Assembly: GCA_013265495.1 (NCBI GenBank)
Contig: MU057487.1
Location: 682,001-746,000, forward strand
From: Vicugna vicugna
Lineage: Eukaryota
Length of the DNA: 64,000 bases
Direction: 5' to 3'
Below, one piece after another: positions 13,046 through 25,679 of the stretch. Under the pieces are notes generated by a model that worked only from the letters and a program-made list of their open reading frames with translations, was not told the origin of the DNA and did no database searches. Position 1 is the first letter of the stretch. Each line of letters opens with the position of its first letter. The position numbers and the translations under genes were made by a program.

Positions 13046-15437
13046 GTTTTTTCCCAACAAACGCCACAGCAGCCACTGTGTGTCAGAACATTGGGATCCC
13101 TATGTTCTAGCTACAGATCATGTGTTTACCTTCTCTGAAGAAGTAAAGAGTCGTCTTCTCTCTCAATCACCCTCACAGCACCTCTGCTCCACTTGCTACC
13201 CATTTTCCTAAATAGAAGGTGTGAAGGGAATCCCTGGAGGAGGTTATAACAGGTTGCCAGAGGAAATGCTTCTCTTTTAAAAGACAAAGAAGATTCCGCC
13301 GGCTCTGAGATACGCCTTCTGACAAGCTGCTGTTAAAAGGCACATCCGTTGCCACCTCCAAGCGTATCTGGGAGACAGTTGTGGAGGAAAACCCTCTGTA
13401 CTGAAGCTTGTTCTCTTGTGGAAATTCATCAGGCGAAGAGCAGTCAATCTCCCGTAAGAAAAAGGAGCTGAGGGCCTGTGCCACAACACTCACAAAGAGA
13501 GACACTTGGTCTTTCAGGAAGGTAGAAGATGTGGAAGCCCCCGAGCCATATGTCCCAAATGATGATGGGATTTGAATTGCCTTCCTTCTCACCTGCCTCT
13601 TGGCTGCAGTGTCAGATCAGGAAGCCTGAAATACTTGGGGTTTTCTTTACCTGAATGGTAGCATTTGTTCAAATTCTATCCCTAAACCCCTGACTGAGCT
13701 ACTAAAAATAATATGACTCCTAAGACAAATAATGAGTAATACTCTGAACGGAGCTCCAAGAGAGGCAGGAGAATGTTAGCAGCTGAGACTTGAAAGGGAA
13801 GAATCAGTGAGGGAGAGAGGGCAAACAGATGCTAGGGCTGTTGTGGGAGACACTCTCCCCTCCAGGCGTCTCCCATTTTCTCTATCCCCACAGGTAAAAT
13901 GAACACATTTCAGAAGCATTCAAAGATATTGAGGAGATTCTCTGAGAACTGCCCTTGGAGAGCTTAAGATTGAGAAAGAGCCATGTGGAACGATTCTTAA
14001 GCTAGAAAAATAATATCCAGGGGAACCGTACAAGACCGTGTTGATTAAACCACAATTTATTCTTGTAAATAGGAAAAACATATTAATTGCAAAAGATTTA
14101 TTTCCCATTTGAACAGTTTGATGATATTAGTGCCATAACAAACAAAGAAAAAGTTTGCTCTGGGACTGAGTTTCACATCTTCTGAGAAGCGGGAACAGTC
14201 TAAATATACCCAAGCTGAAGTTCTTCTGAGCACAAAGCCATGAGACAAAGCTTTTCATCATATTGGGACAGTAAGAAAAAAGTGTCACATCTCTTTTATG
14301 TTCCTTGTGGGTAAATCTAAATTAAGCTCTAAATAAAGAACACTAACCATCACTAATCAGGCATAATCCAAATCAATTAAATTGATGGGGTTATTTTGGC
14401 AATTGGCGCGATTTATTGAGCCTCAAGCTGGAAGTGCTTTAATGTCAATTCCTAAAATCTTCTGGGGGAACTAATTTGGATGATACTGTATCAAATGGTT
14501 TTGAGAGTTAATGTAATTCAGATGATTTTGCAAGTTAAACTAATTCTCATAAAGTTAATTTAATTTTGATAGTTCAGAAAAGTACAGGAAAAAGCAGCCT
14601 TTTTCATCAAAGTGAATAACATTGATTTTGAGGGCAGTTGTCTTTGGATTTTAAAACAGAAAAAGAAGTGCATCCTGCCCCCACCCCATGAGTCAAGATC
14701 TATGCCTTAACACATTCCAACAAAAAATCTACTATGATTATTGCTGCAGCTCTCCCAGAACATGCTGCAAGCATTTATTATTTATTTTTACATTGTATGA
14801 AAATTTAAATTTGATCAAATTGTAGGAACTTTTCTCTGTCTGCCACTTCAAATAATATTACATGAAAAACCTGTCCAACACTGTTATTATTACTATTTAG
14901 AGAGAGAGAGATAGAGAGACACCCATATTTCCCTAAACACTAAAGACTGATTTTTAAATCAATGACTACTTCTAAGGTATGGATGGGATGCTTTTTTCTC
15001 AGAGCATCAAGTGAGGGTTTCAAAGATCATCACAGAATAATAAATCAATAACAGAATTTGATAGCCTCATCCAAATCTAGTCAACTCTACACCCTCATTT
15101 CAACAGTAGAATTACGGTTACAAATTGGTCCAGGAAGCATATGGAAAAAGTTAAGATGGAGGAAATGACTGTTTTCTACACAGCCCAAAGTGACCTTCTC
15201 GCGAATTCTGGTAAATAGAATTCTGGTCAGAGGGGCTAACTCTGACCCAATATAGAACGTGTATGCAAAAGAATGATATTAAAATCTGTTTAATGGAGAA
15301 TCCAGTGAGAATTTTTTTCCCATTTAAAAATAACCTAGCTCTCCCTAGACTTATAGCCCATGAGATGAGTTTTCTTGTTTCACCTAATCTCCAGACCACA
15401 TTAAGTTTGGGTGTTTGGGCTTAACAGATGCACTTTC

Positions 15438-15627
15438 CTATACATAAAATAGATAAGCACTAAGGACCTGCTGGATAGCGCAGGGAACTGTACTCAATTT
15501 CCTGCAGTGAGCTATAATGGAAAAGAAACTTGTAAAATGTATGTGTATACCTGAATCACTTTGCTGTATACCTGAAACTAACACTGTAAATTGACTACAC
15601 TTCAATAAAAAATAAGAATTAAAAAAA
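15438..15627 (+). mobile_element. Artiodactyl-type LINE-1 3' end
   Basis: aaaatagataa...atagcgcagggaact...ctgaatcactttgctgtatacctgaaactaac...cttcaataaaaa with A-rich tail. Confidence 0.8.
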
Positions 15628-18296
15628 GTTTTTGGTGGGGGTCTAGCCCCAAACACAGCTGTATCTGCTATGGGAGACAAGGACAAAATTAAAAGGCCAA
15701 AAGTTTATCAAAATGTATCCTTCTCAAAGGAACACAGGCAGTTAACACGAACTGTGCACATGAACTTCAGGAGCTGGGCTGCCTGTCTGCAGTGAGGGAA
15801 GAAAAAGGAATGTCTGCAAAGCTGTGTGAAGATTTTTTGTTGAAAAATCATGCTTGCTGGTGTTTTATACTTCTATAAATATTGGGGAAAAGCTTGTCCC
15901 TTTGTAGCTCAAATAAGGCAATCACAAATTATAATTGAATGTTAGCATGGGCGCCCAGATTCTATTCCGGGGACTGTAAATAGAAGTGATGGGAACACGC
16001 TCTCCCTGCTGGAACTACCAGGTGGGCTTCCCTGTGGGCTTTGGCTGCAGGCTGAGAACAGAACAACGGCTTCATCCAAGGCAGCTCCGCCCACCCTGAG
16101 GTGCTGAAGAACATCAGAGCTTTGAGGAGTCTCACCCGCTGCAGGAGGCTGACAACTGTGCGAGGGCTGGCTGTGGTGTATTTAGCATCATGGCTAATAG
16201 GGAATACTGGGAGAGTATAAGCCTTTGGTTGCCCTTGTAGTGTCCTGCAATTCCTGCCTCCCCGAGATCCAGAAGAATCCAGGAGTGTCTCACACACAGA
16301 TAGCACTCCCAAAGGTGAAGCACCTTCTAGCATTAGGGGTTACAAAAAGGAATGAGCACCTTGTCCTTCAAGTGCTCTTTTTCAGGGACAGAGTCACAAA
16401 CATCTAATAATAAGGCCAGGTGAACATGTTAAGAGTTGAAAATCTAGTAATAATAATAATAATACAAAGTAGAATCTGGTCATTATTAAAAAAGGGAAAA
16501 AAATAAACGCATTTCAGAAAAAGAGAAGGGAGAGATAACTTCTGACATCTGAGGAACAATTAATGATCACTGAGTTTTGAAATTAAGACTTTTTTTCAAT
16601 ATCTAGATATTACCAAGAGAGGTACAAAAACTAGGAATGAAGTTCTAAAAGGGACATTAAAGTGAATAAAATAGGTAATTATACCATACTAAATAACTGA
16701 GTAAGACATTCTAACAGTCAATGCTTTAGGTCTATCATCTATAAACCCAACATAAGATGAAAATCAATCTGGAAATTACCATTTCCCTCCTATTTTATGA
16801 AGACTCTAATTCAGATGACTGAATTGATCCCAATATAGTGTTTTAGACTCTTCCACAGAAAAAGCAGTAAAAAGGCATTATATTATTGTAAACAGGTGCT
16901 TAGCAACATAAAAATTTATGGCATGCTAAAGTAGTCTGTGTTTCTGAGATAGGAAAAGAGATTTCTTTGATGTATCCTGTTTCATATGAACAAGTTTGCA
17001 TTATGTGAGATTCTACGATCTTTGGAAATTTAAAATACACTTTATAGAAGGCATGATACTTAAGGCTATTTTCTTAATTTCAACAAAGTTATGAGAAGAT
17101 ATTTCATGATAAGTAGGCATTAGGTTAGGTTCTTGGGTCAGAGTTGCCCGTGGACTAATTATGGGAAGATCCTCACAACTGAGAAAGAGAGACACATTAA
17201 TGGAAGAATAAGGATAGACAGCTTTTGTCATTCTTTTCTCTGTAAATGAGATGGGATGGGTAGCAAGAAAGAAGGTGGTAACTGGAGGAGAGTGTGGGGT
17301 CAAAGGAATGGTCCAGCAGTGAGGAAAAACCTGATTGATGCTCTAAGGATGAGCTAGATAAAATTCAAGGTCAACTGACAGAATAATATTTCATGAGTAA
17401 TCCAAAGTAAACATTGAAATAATGATCCTTTGAATCACATAATCCTTTCTGACTTACTTATGTTCCTACTCAAAGGAAATTGACTTCAAATACATTTGAG
17501 GATTGGTTTCCTCCAGGAATACTCCTCATTCTCCAGTGTCCTTGCCTGTGCAAACCTAAAACAGACAGCAGCATCATTTCCATCTCTTTCTTTCTCTCCT
17601 TCCTCCCTCTCCCTCTTCATTCATATGTCGGGTAGGTCAGACGTGAATAATCCAGCTGAGTTCATTTGTGGAGGACACTGCTCGCCAGTCTTTTCCTCAT
17701 TCTCGTGTGAACACTTGGGCATCTCTGGGTAAGCCGCCTCCTTTCCTGGGGAGATTACCTCTTCTCTCCACCTCCATCTCCATGTGCTTCAACTCAAAGA
17801 GGCAGAGGAGGCTTTCCTTTGTTACTACTCCTTGGCAGAAAGAAACCTCATAATTATCAACTGGAATCAAAAGCTTGGGTGGTGTCTAAATGGTTGCATA
17901 GTTTTACAAGAGCTAGTATGAAGGGTGAATAATTTAAAGCCAAGTAAATTGCTATGAAAATTAAAAAATTCATGCCATTATTATTTCTGAAACACTGTCA
18001 GTAGAGCTACCTAAGCATATTAATTAGGACAGCTCTGTAAAACAAACATCATGCAAAAAAAGGCAATAAATCTTAGGATATTTGGGAAGTTAAAATCTAA
18101 TGAGAAAGAATCTTTAATTTAATTCATTTCACTAAAGCTTACTTTGTGTAAGACACCATGAGAGGTTGTGTGAAATATATAATTGAATAAGAAATAGTTT
18201 CCATCATTAGAAAAAATCATACAAACAAGAAAAACCAAGATTCAGGTATAAAAAAAAGAAAAAAGAATCCAGTATATAAGTATTTAAGCAACCCAC

Positions 18297-18297
<1 letters not shown>

Positions 18298-18329
<32 letters not shown>
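18298..18329. repeat. (CA)n microsatellite, about 16 units
   Basis: Direct reading. Confidence 0.97.
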
Positions 18330-18331
<2 letters not shown>

Positions 18332-18759
18332 ATAATTAGTTAACTCTCCAAACACATCGAGCACTTGCATATCAAATATTTCAGCACAGTCATTATGACT
18401 CCCTAAGTCACATTTTCTCTGACTCTCTGCCTTTGAGATGCTATTCATGCTTCCAGATTCAGCTCCCAGGAGGCTTGTGTATCTTTACATTTAAGACTTA
18501 ACCCTTTCTTCCCCCATTTTGCAACTAGATCTTCTTCCTGCTAATAAGCGCAGGTCACCTCCCCAGACTGTGAATACTTTAAGGACAAGCATTACGTTTT
18601 ATTCTTCTGTAACTCCCCTAGTGCCTAGCCCAGTGTCTTGCCCATAATAAGAACGTAATATATTTTTGTGGAGCTAAATTGTTTCATTGATCATCAGCCT
18701 GAGAAAGCTTAATCAAGGACAAGAAGCCTAAATAATTGCTGGAGTCCTGATAACACTGG

Positions 18760-19250
18760 CTCGAATTTACTAGACTTAGTCTATGCCAGCAACTCTGCTA
18801 AGAGCTCTGTATACAGTATGCCTAATCCTTCCTTTAGTCTGTACAAGTCCTCTTGGAGGTACATTTTATTAAGCCTCTTTTAAAGATGAGAAAACTGAGG
18901 GTCATAAAGGTTACCTAACATGATCAAGATCCCATATTTGCAAGGGGCAAGTCTGAATATAACATATGTCTAAATTAAACTGGATATTAATCTAGTTTAT
19001 CTGACTCAAAATCTGTGTTTTATCCACTATTCAAGTTGCCCTGCCACTGTGAGAGATGGGAGGACCTTGTCATGCGTTGAGCACCTACCCTGTGTAAGGC
19101 ATTGTGCAATTTACTCAATCCCTTTTATTTCATTAGATGCTCACAAAACTTCAATAGGATAAACTTAAAGAGGCTTAAAGACTGCAAGTAAATTGTTCAA
19201 GATTGCATAGCAAAAAGTGGCAGAGCTGAGATTTCTACCGTAGGCTAACT
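18760..19250 (-). mobile_element. Two adjacent MIR fragments
   Basis: aaagatgagaaaactgagg...aaggttacctaac; ttgagcacctaccctgtg...gtggcagagctgagattt. Confidence 0.6.
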
Positions 19251-19383
19251 AGGCTGACTAGGACAATTTAATAACCATTTAGACGTGAAGGCCAGGTTGA
19301 GGCCATTCCCAACTCCCTTCCCACAATAGCTCAAGGCTTCCCTTCTCTGGATGCAGGGAAGAAAGGGTTTTGATCAATTACAA

Positions 19384-20138
19384 TGTGTTTTGGAGAGGTT
19401 TCCCCTCATGACCAATCAATTTTCTGACACCAGCAGCATGTCCTACAATTTAACTCTGTCCTGACACTGTCTACCAGGTGATGGCATCAGATCCCATAGG
19501 TTAAGGACCTCAGTCCCACAAGACTAACTCCAACCCAACTTCAGATGCCCAAGTTGTTACCTGGGCTTCTAACTGACTGGCTAGTTTCCAACCCTCCTTG
19601 GGTTCAATACTTTGCTAGAGTAACTCACAGAACCCAGAGAAACATTTTACCTACTAGATTACTGGCTTGTTATTAAAAGATATAACTCAGGAAGAGCCAG
19701 ATGGAAGAGATGCATAAGGCAAGGCATAGGGAAAGGACAGAGCTTCCATGCTGAGTCAGGGCTCAACACTCTCCCTGAATGTCCACGTGTTCACCAACCC
19801 TGAAGTTTTCCCAGCCCTGCCATGCTTTGGGGTGTTTATGGAGGCTTCATTACATAGACAAGTAAGTCATTGGCCATTGGTGACTGAACTCAATCTCCAG
19901 CCTCTCTCCCTCTCAAGAGGTCACGGCTGGAAGGGAAAGTTCCAACTCTCTAATCACCTGGTTATCTCCCCTGGCAAACAGCCCTCAACCTTACATGTTT
20001 TCCAAAAGCCACCTCATTAATATAACAAAAGACACTTTTACTAATCAATTAAGAAATTCCAAAGGTTTTAGGATCTCTGTGCCAGAAACTGGGGGGAAGG
20101 CCAAATACATATTTCTTATTATAAATCTCAGTATCACA
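19384..20138. mobile_element. ERV LTR, MER21-like
   Basis: TG...CA ends; gacaccagc...gtcctacaatttaactc...tcagatcccataggttaagg...cagtcccacaagact matches recalled MER21. Confidence 0.75.
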
Positions 20139-22059
20139 GAAAGCCTGTCTCCTGGGGACCTGCAGGCACTCAGTAGGGAAACCTTTGGGGGACTCAACCC
20201 AGAGGATGCTGTCCTTCTCGAGATACTCACCTCTACTTCCTCCCTACCCCACATCACAAAGAAACGGAAACTTCCTCCTCTCTGTTCTTTCCCCACATTT
20301 CCCACCTCTCTTTGAACAACTCCTATATGTTTTTCTCTGTGGGGGCAAGTGGGGAAATTGGGGGTGAGGGTGAGTCAGAGTGAGGAATTATTGCCCTCAA
20401 CCAACACAAGGAATGCTGTCACTTCCAATAGTGACCCGTATATAAAATGCAGAAAACAGGGACTACTTTGGACCTCAGATCAGGAAAAGTTGGATAGAGG
20501 AGGAAGACTGTGATCAGGACAACACAAAAGGTGTATGATCTCAAGCGAGGCGACAGGAAGAAGACGCCCAGAGGGTGGAGTGACACTGGCGTGGTGAGAC
20601 AATACAGGAACAGGAAAAGCTGTGAGTCACTATTTGCTAGTTGTGAAGGCTGGTGATGGAAGGAACAGCATGGTATCAATAAAGGCTAAGAGAGAAGTGA
20701 ACTGTCTGATATCGAAGAGCAAAGAGCACTGAGGGCCTAGATGCTCCTGTTTGAGAAAAGAGCCTTCACATACTCTCTGTTTCCCAAAAAAGGAATCAAA
20801 CACATGTTTTACTCAGTAACGATCCCCAGTATCACAGGTGGGAATTTAAAGAGCAAGGCTGGTCTAGCAGGTTTTTTATTGTTGTTGTTTTGCAGCTCAT
20901 AGTCATTTATTTGGCCAAATTATTAAATCATATGTTGACAGAGAATCACACTCATGCTACTGAATCTCCACATTTTAAAAATCTTTTATAAACTGAAAAA
21001 TAATTGAGATATTTAAATATTAAGACACCATCGAATCAAAAGCTTACAACAAGTGCCTTCCAAGTGACCGCAGCTCAAACCTTCAATAAAAAAGCTGACC
21101 AATAAGCTTTTCGCAGGCTACATTTTCAGAAATCATATTGTTTGTCATTTATATGAAGAGATGTCCTTCTTCAAGCCTATTCTTACTCATTTACTTTTTT
21201 TCTGCTTCAGAGACATACAGTTTGAGTTTACTTTTTTTTTAAGTCTTAATGATTTTCTGTAGTAGGATTTCTTCTTTGAGCTCAAAAGGGTTCATTTAAA
21301 TCAACACAACTGAACACCAGTAAAGTCAGGGTGTTTCTGTCTCTTACAACCATTCAGACAACACCTGCCCACCTGCAGGTTGAGGGCTTAGTAGAATTTT
21401 TCACAATTCTTCCCTCTCACAGCTCAGAATATCATTCCTTTCTTTCCTCTTGATCTGCTCTGGAGTTCTCTCTATTTTGGTTCTTCTTCTTCTTTTTTTT
21501 TTTTTTCTGTGTTGACTCAGAAATAAAGTTCAACATTCTCTGTTGCATTGCTTCCTATCATTCCTTCCTTTCTATTGCAGTATCTCTATTGCTTTTCTGA
21601 TAGTTCCATGGCTGAAGTACCCCCCCACCTCTGAAGAGCTGTAAGCCCTCTGTCAGAGTATTTAGATTAATTGCCTCCAATGTAATTTTCTATTAATTTG
21701 TCTCTTTGATCCACTAAACTCTGAGTCTCCTGAGAGCAGGAACAGATCTTTTATTTTTACATCCTCTCTAACTAGAACAGTGCCTGTCACCCGGAAGGTA
21801 GTCAATAAACACTTATGAATATTTACAAATCTGAAGTGAAAGGACTTCGGTTAAGTTGTCTCCCTGCCATTTACTCCCTGCGTGATACGGAAAAGCATTT
21901 CGCTTTTTCAACTTGTTTCTTCATATTCTCCTGTAGTTATTTTATTAATTGAGATGAAGCCATGAAATGTGCTTTATATATTGTAAAGTATATATGCATG
22001 CATGTTACTGTGTTAACTCTAGGTTTGGTGTTGAAAAAAATACCAGGAATAGTTCAAAC

Positions 22060-22285
22060 CAGTGCTTCTCAACCCAGGGCGATTTTGCCTTCACAGGGAC
22101 ACTTGGCAATGTCTGGAGGGATATTTGGTTCTCATATCTGGATGAGGGAGGCATATCGGCTATTGGCAACTAGTGAGGAGGGCCCAGGGATGCAGCTAGA
22201 CATCATACAATGCACCGAAAAGCCTCCACAACAAAGAATTATCAGGCACAAATTGTCAATAGGGTGAAGATTGAGACGCTCTAGT
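22060..22285. mobile_element. MER20 hAT-Charlie DNA transposon
   Basis: cagtgcttctcaacccagggcgattttgcc...ggacacttggcaatgtctggag...ccacaacaaagaattatc. Confidence 0.88.
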
Positions 22286-22579
22286 TCAAACTCGAAAACT
22301 TATGAGAGGTAAAACACTTCTTAATATGTTTGTCACTAGACAATCGTCTGAGTTTTAGCTTTTTTATACAAAATTAGGGCTCATATTAATGTGTTTATAA
22401 CTATTGGACTAATTCCTCATCTTTCATAATTTAATGTGTTTGCTTACTCTTTGGAAACCCCTAGGTAAATCAGTCATGAGTGCCAGGATGTTTTCCATTA
22501 CTGTGCAGCAGGAGTGAATTTGCAAAGCTTTGTCTAGTCTTCTAGAAACAGTAATCTATGTATGGGAGAAACTTCTGAT

Positions 22580-22960
22580 TTTCTCTTTTTAGGCACATGA
22601 TGGGCATATACTTTGCTAACCCCCTTATATGTAGAAAGGTCTTCATGACTAGTTTTAACCAATGCCTTGTGAATAGAAGTTATATGTGTCACTTCAGGGC
22701 CAAAGCATTTAATAGCTGGTGCAAGACTGTCCCATCCTCTTTTGCTCTGGTTTGCTGATTACAGAAGTAGCACTTGAGATGTTGACACCACAAGACGGAA
22801 ACAGTGTGGATATCAGAGCCTCACATGGTAACAGCTGCCTAGAAACTCACCCAGATCCACATCAGATTTTCCATGAGCAAAAACAAACCTTTTCTAGGTT
22901 GAGCCACTGCAATTTGAGGATTGTTTGTTAAAGAAATTGAACTTAAAGTTATCTGACCAC
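22580..22960 (+). mobile_element. Old MaLR LTR (MLT1-like)
   Basis: catgactagttttaaccaatg...gtgtcacttcagggccaaagcatttaa...gagccactgcaatttgaggattgtttgtt. Confidence 0.6.
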
Positions 22961-25679
22961 TATACCAATGAAAGTAAGAACAATGTTGGTTGCACTGAGC
23001 ACTTCATATTCAACTTGAACAAATCCTGAAATAGAATTTGCCTTCAATAGATATTTTAGTGTATAATTTTTTGAAAGAAAGGAAAAGAAAATCATTGACC
23101 AAGTGTTTTGCTTTTCAAAGTACCTCTGTTCAATTATGACAAATATGCTGATCCTGGACTGATGGCTTTGTTTTCAAAGGTCAGAGTCTAGAAATTGTGG
23201 CTAAGGTATTTTGTGATATGTAATCCTTTAACCACTAACTCATATTTAAATAACGTGTAGCAAATCTTGACACGTCCTTGATATTTTACCTGACTCAGAA
23301 TGCCATAACCACACACATTGGACAACCCACTGCTGAGACTTCATGGTCTTTGGCTACAAGGAAACTCCTAGGTAATTTAATCATGAGTGTCAGGACATTT
23401 TCAGTTACTGTGCCGCAGGAGTGAATTTGCAAAGCTTGCCCTCTTGTGCCCAGTTTTAATCTTCAATTTACGGATGATAAAGAGAATCGTCCACTTGCCC
23501 CCTTTAAGCTATCTGATGAAGTACTGCAGAGTGAAGAGTGGGGACTCTGGAATCAGATGTCTGGGACCTACCACCTCTTACCTGTGTCATTTAGGGCCCA
23601 TTCCCTCATCTGTAAAATGTGGATAATGAAATTACCTATATTACAGAGCCGTCCAGCTAAGTATGTGTTATAGGGTTTAAAATGCAGAACAACACAGAGC
23701 AAATGTTCAAATAAGGTAAACTCACATTATCTACAGTGACTCTGAACTGGTACTTGCACACAATGTTTTCCAAATTCCACATACTTTAACTCAATAAGCA
23801 ATTGCTATTCTTAAACGGCTGCATGCTTTACCAATGGAACATTTCAAAATCTATTTGAAAAAAATAGATAAAATTAAGAGCTTAGAAACATGATGACATT
23901 ATCTGTGTTGAAAAGTGTTTCCAAGCCATATCTCTGTTATAAAAATCTCTATCAAGCCATGAAGACATTCTCATGAAGACATGAGGATGCAAGGTTTGCA
24001 TATTCACATCTTCTCAAATGACGTTCTTGAATGGTTCAGAGAAAAGAGATTTGTTAAATATTTTCTCCTGTCTTTTCCATTTCCTTTTAAAATTTCCAGG
24101 CACCTGAACAGACATTGCAATGACTAGTTTAGACATGAAAAACATATTGCAAATAAAGAAGCAGATAAATTGATTCAAAAATGGTCTTTAGTGGATTCAA
24201 AGTGCGTGTTCAATTCAATGTAAAAATGAGTCATAAAGTTGATTACTGTGCATTATCTAGAAGATCACGTCAACTAACTCTGTGAAGACATAGTTAAGAG
24301 TGCATCCTGCTCCCACACAACCGTAGGGCCTCCACAAGAGTCTGCAATATAAAATACAATCTCCTACAAACTGAAAAGGGATTCTAATTGCATTTGGCTC
24401 TATGATCTCATGAATATTAGATTATTCTGCACAATGTAGAAACAGAAGGCAATAAAGAGAATTGTCCAAACTGGCTTGAATTTCATTTATATTTTGCCAA
24501 GCTGTTCTACATTAGCCATTGAAAATTATATGAAATGAACATGGAATTAAAATTATAATGGTTAAATAGGGATACATAACCTATGGAAAAATATTGCAAA
24601 ATTTCATTGTCTGATTCATCTAAAATATTTAATACATTTATAATTACTTAAAGTTACGTTAATAATAGGGGCATCTTGTGCTTTTGTTCTTAATCATATT
24701 ATATTACTATAGACATTTAAGAAAAATGAGAGGCTGGTAATTTAAATAGAAGTGCACACAGGAAACACACTTACACATGCACAGTAAAGAACTTGGCAAG
24801 TAGGGAACACAGTAGGTATTTAATAGCTTCTTAAAGTAAGATTTATTTTTAGCATATTTTATACATTTATAAAATGTACTGCATATTTATGAATATTATA
24901 TACATATTACTTTGTGCAGAAAGCAGGGCTTCTATTTTAACTCCATTTAAAGCTGAGAAAATAGAGATTGAGAGGTTGTGCTCTTCTGAGATCACATAAG
25001 AATTGGCAGAACCTGCAATTCCTCTAAATCCTGTGCTCTTTATTTATTAAAAGATCACAAAGTTGCTCAGTGGATAAAGCTAGGATGTGAACTCAGGTCT
25101 TGAAATAGAGTCTAGTGGCCATTCAATAGTTACTCATCAAAATTTTAATGAGTGCCTGCTACATAGATACTGAGTGTTGATGTTCTTAAAGTCAAGAAGA
25201 CCAACTTCCTGCTTATCCTTCATAATGCAGAGAGGGGCATAGAGGACCTTATGTACACATGATGCAGACTAGCACTTTACAGTATGCTGTAGCAGAAGGA
25301 AAAAATGGGGAAAATGGATATCCATCCTAAGCTCGGGGGAAGTGGAAAGAGCAGATGATGTTTGAGCTGAGAACCGAACACATTTAGGTGCTAGACACAG
25401 GAAGAGAGAGGAAAGGGGAAATTCAGAGCAAACATCCCAAAATAAAAAGAGAATAGCATCTTAAGAAACAGGCTGAGTTTCAGTAATGAGTGGTAGGGAT
25501 AGTATGAATGGCAGTGGGTTTACTGGTAAGGAAGAAGGGTCAGCTTACAAAGTTTAGACTTCAAATCAAGTTTTGTGTGGAGCCACTGATGGCATTTAAG
25601 CAGTGCTAAGATATGATTTGATTTGAATTTTAGAAATATCATTCTGAATTCTGATTAAATATGGCAAATTAAACACGTA

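Noticed and set aside
13173..13592. 139-aa minus-strand ORF
   Set aside because: Non-ATG start, no recognisable domain, no supporting exon partners
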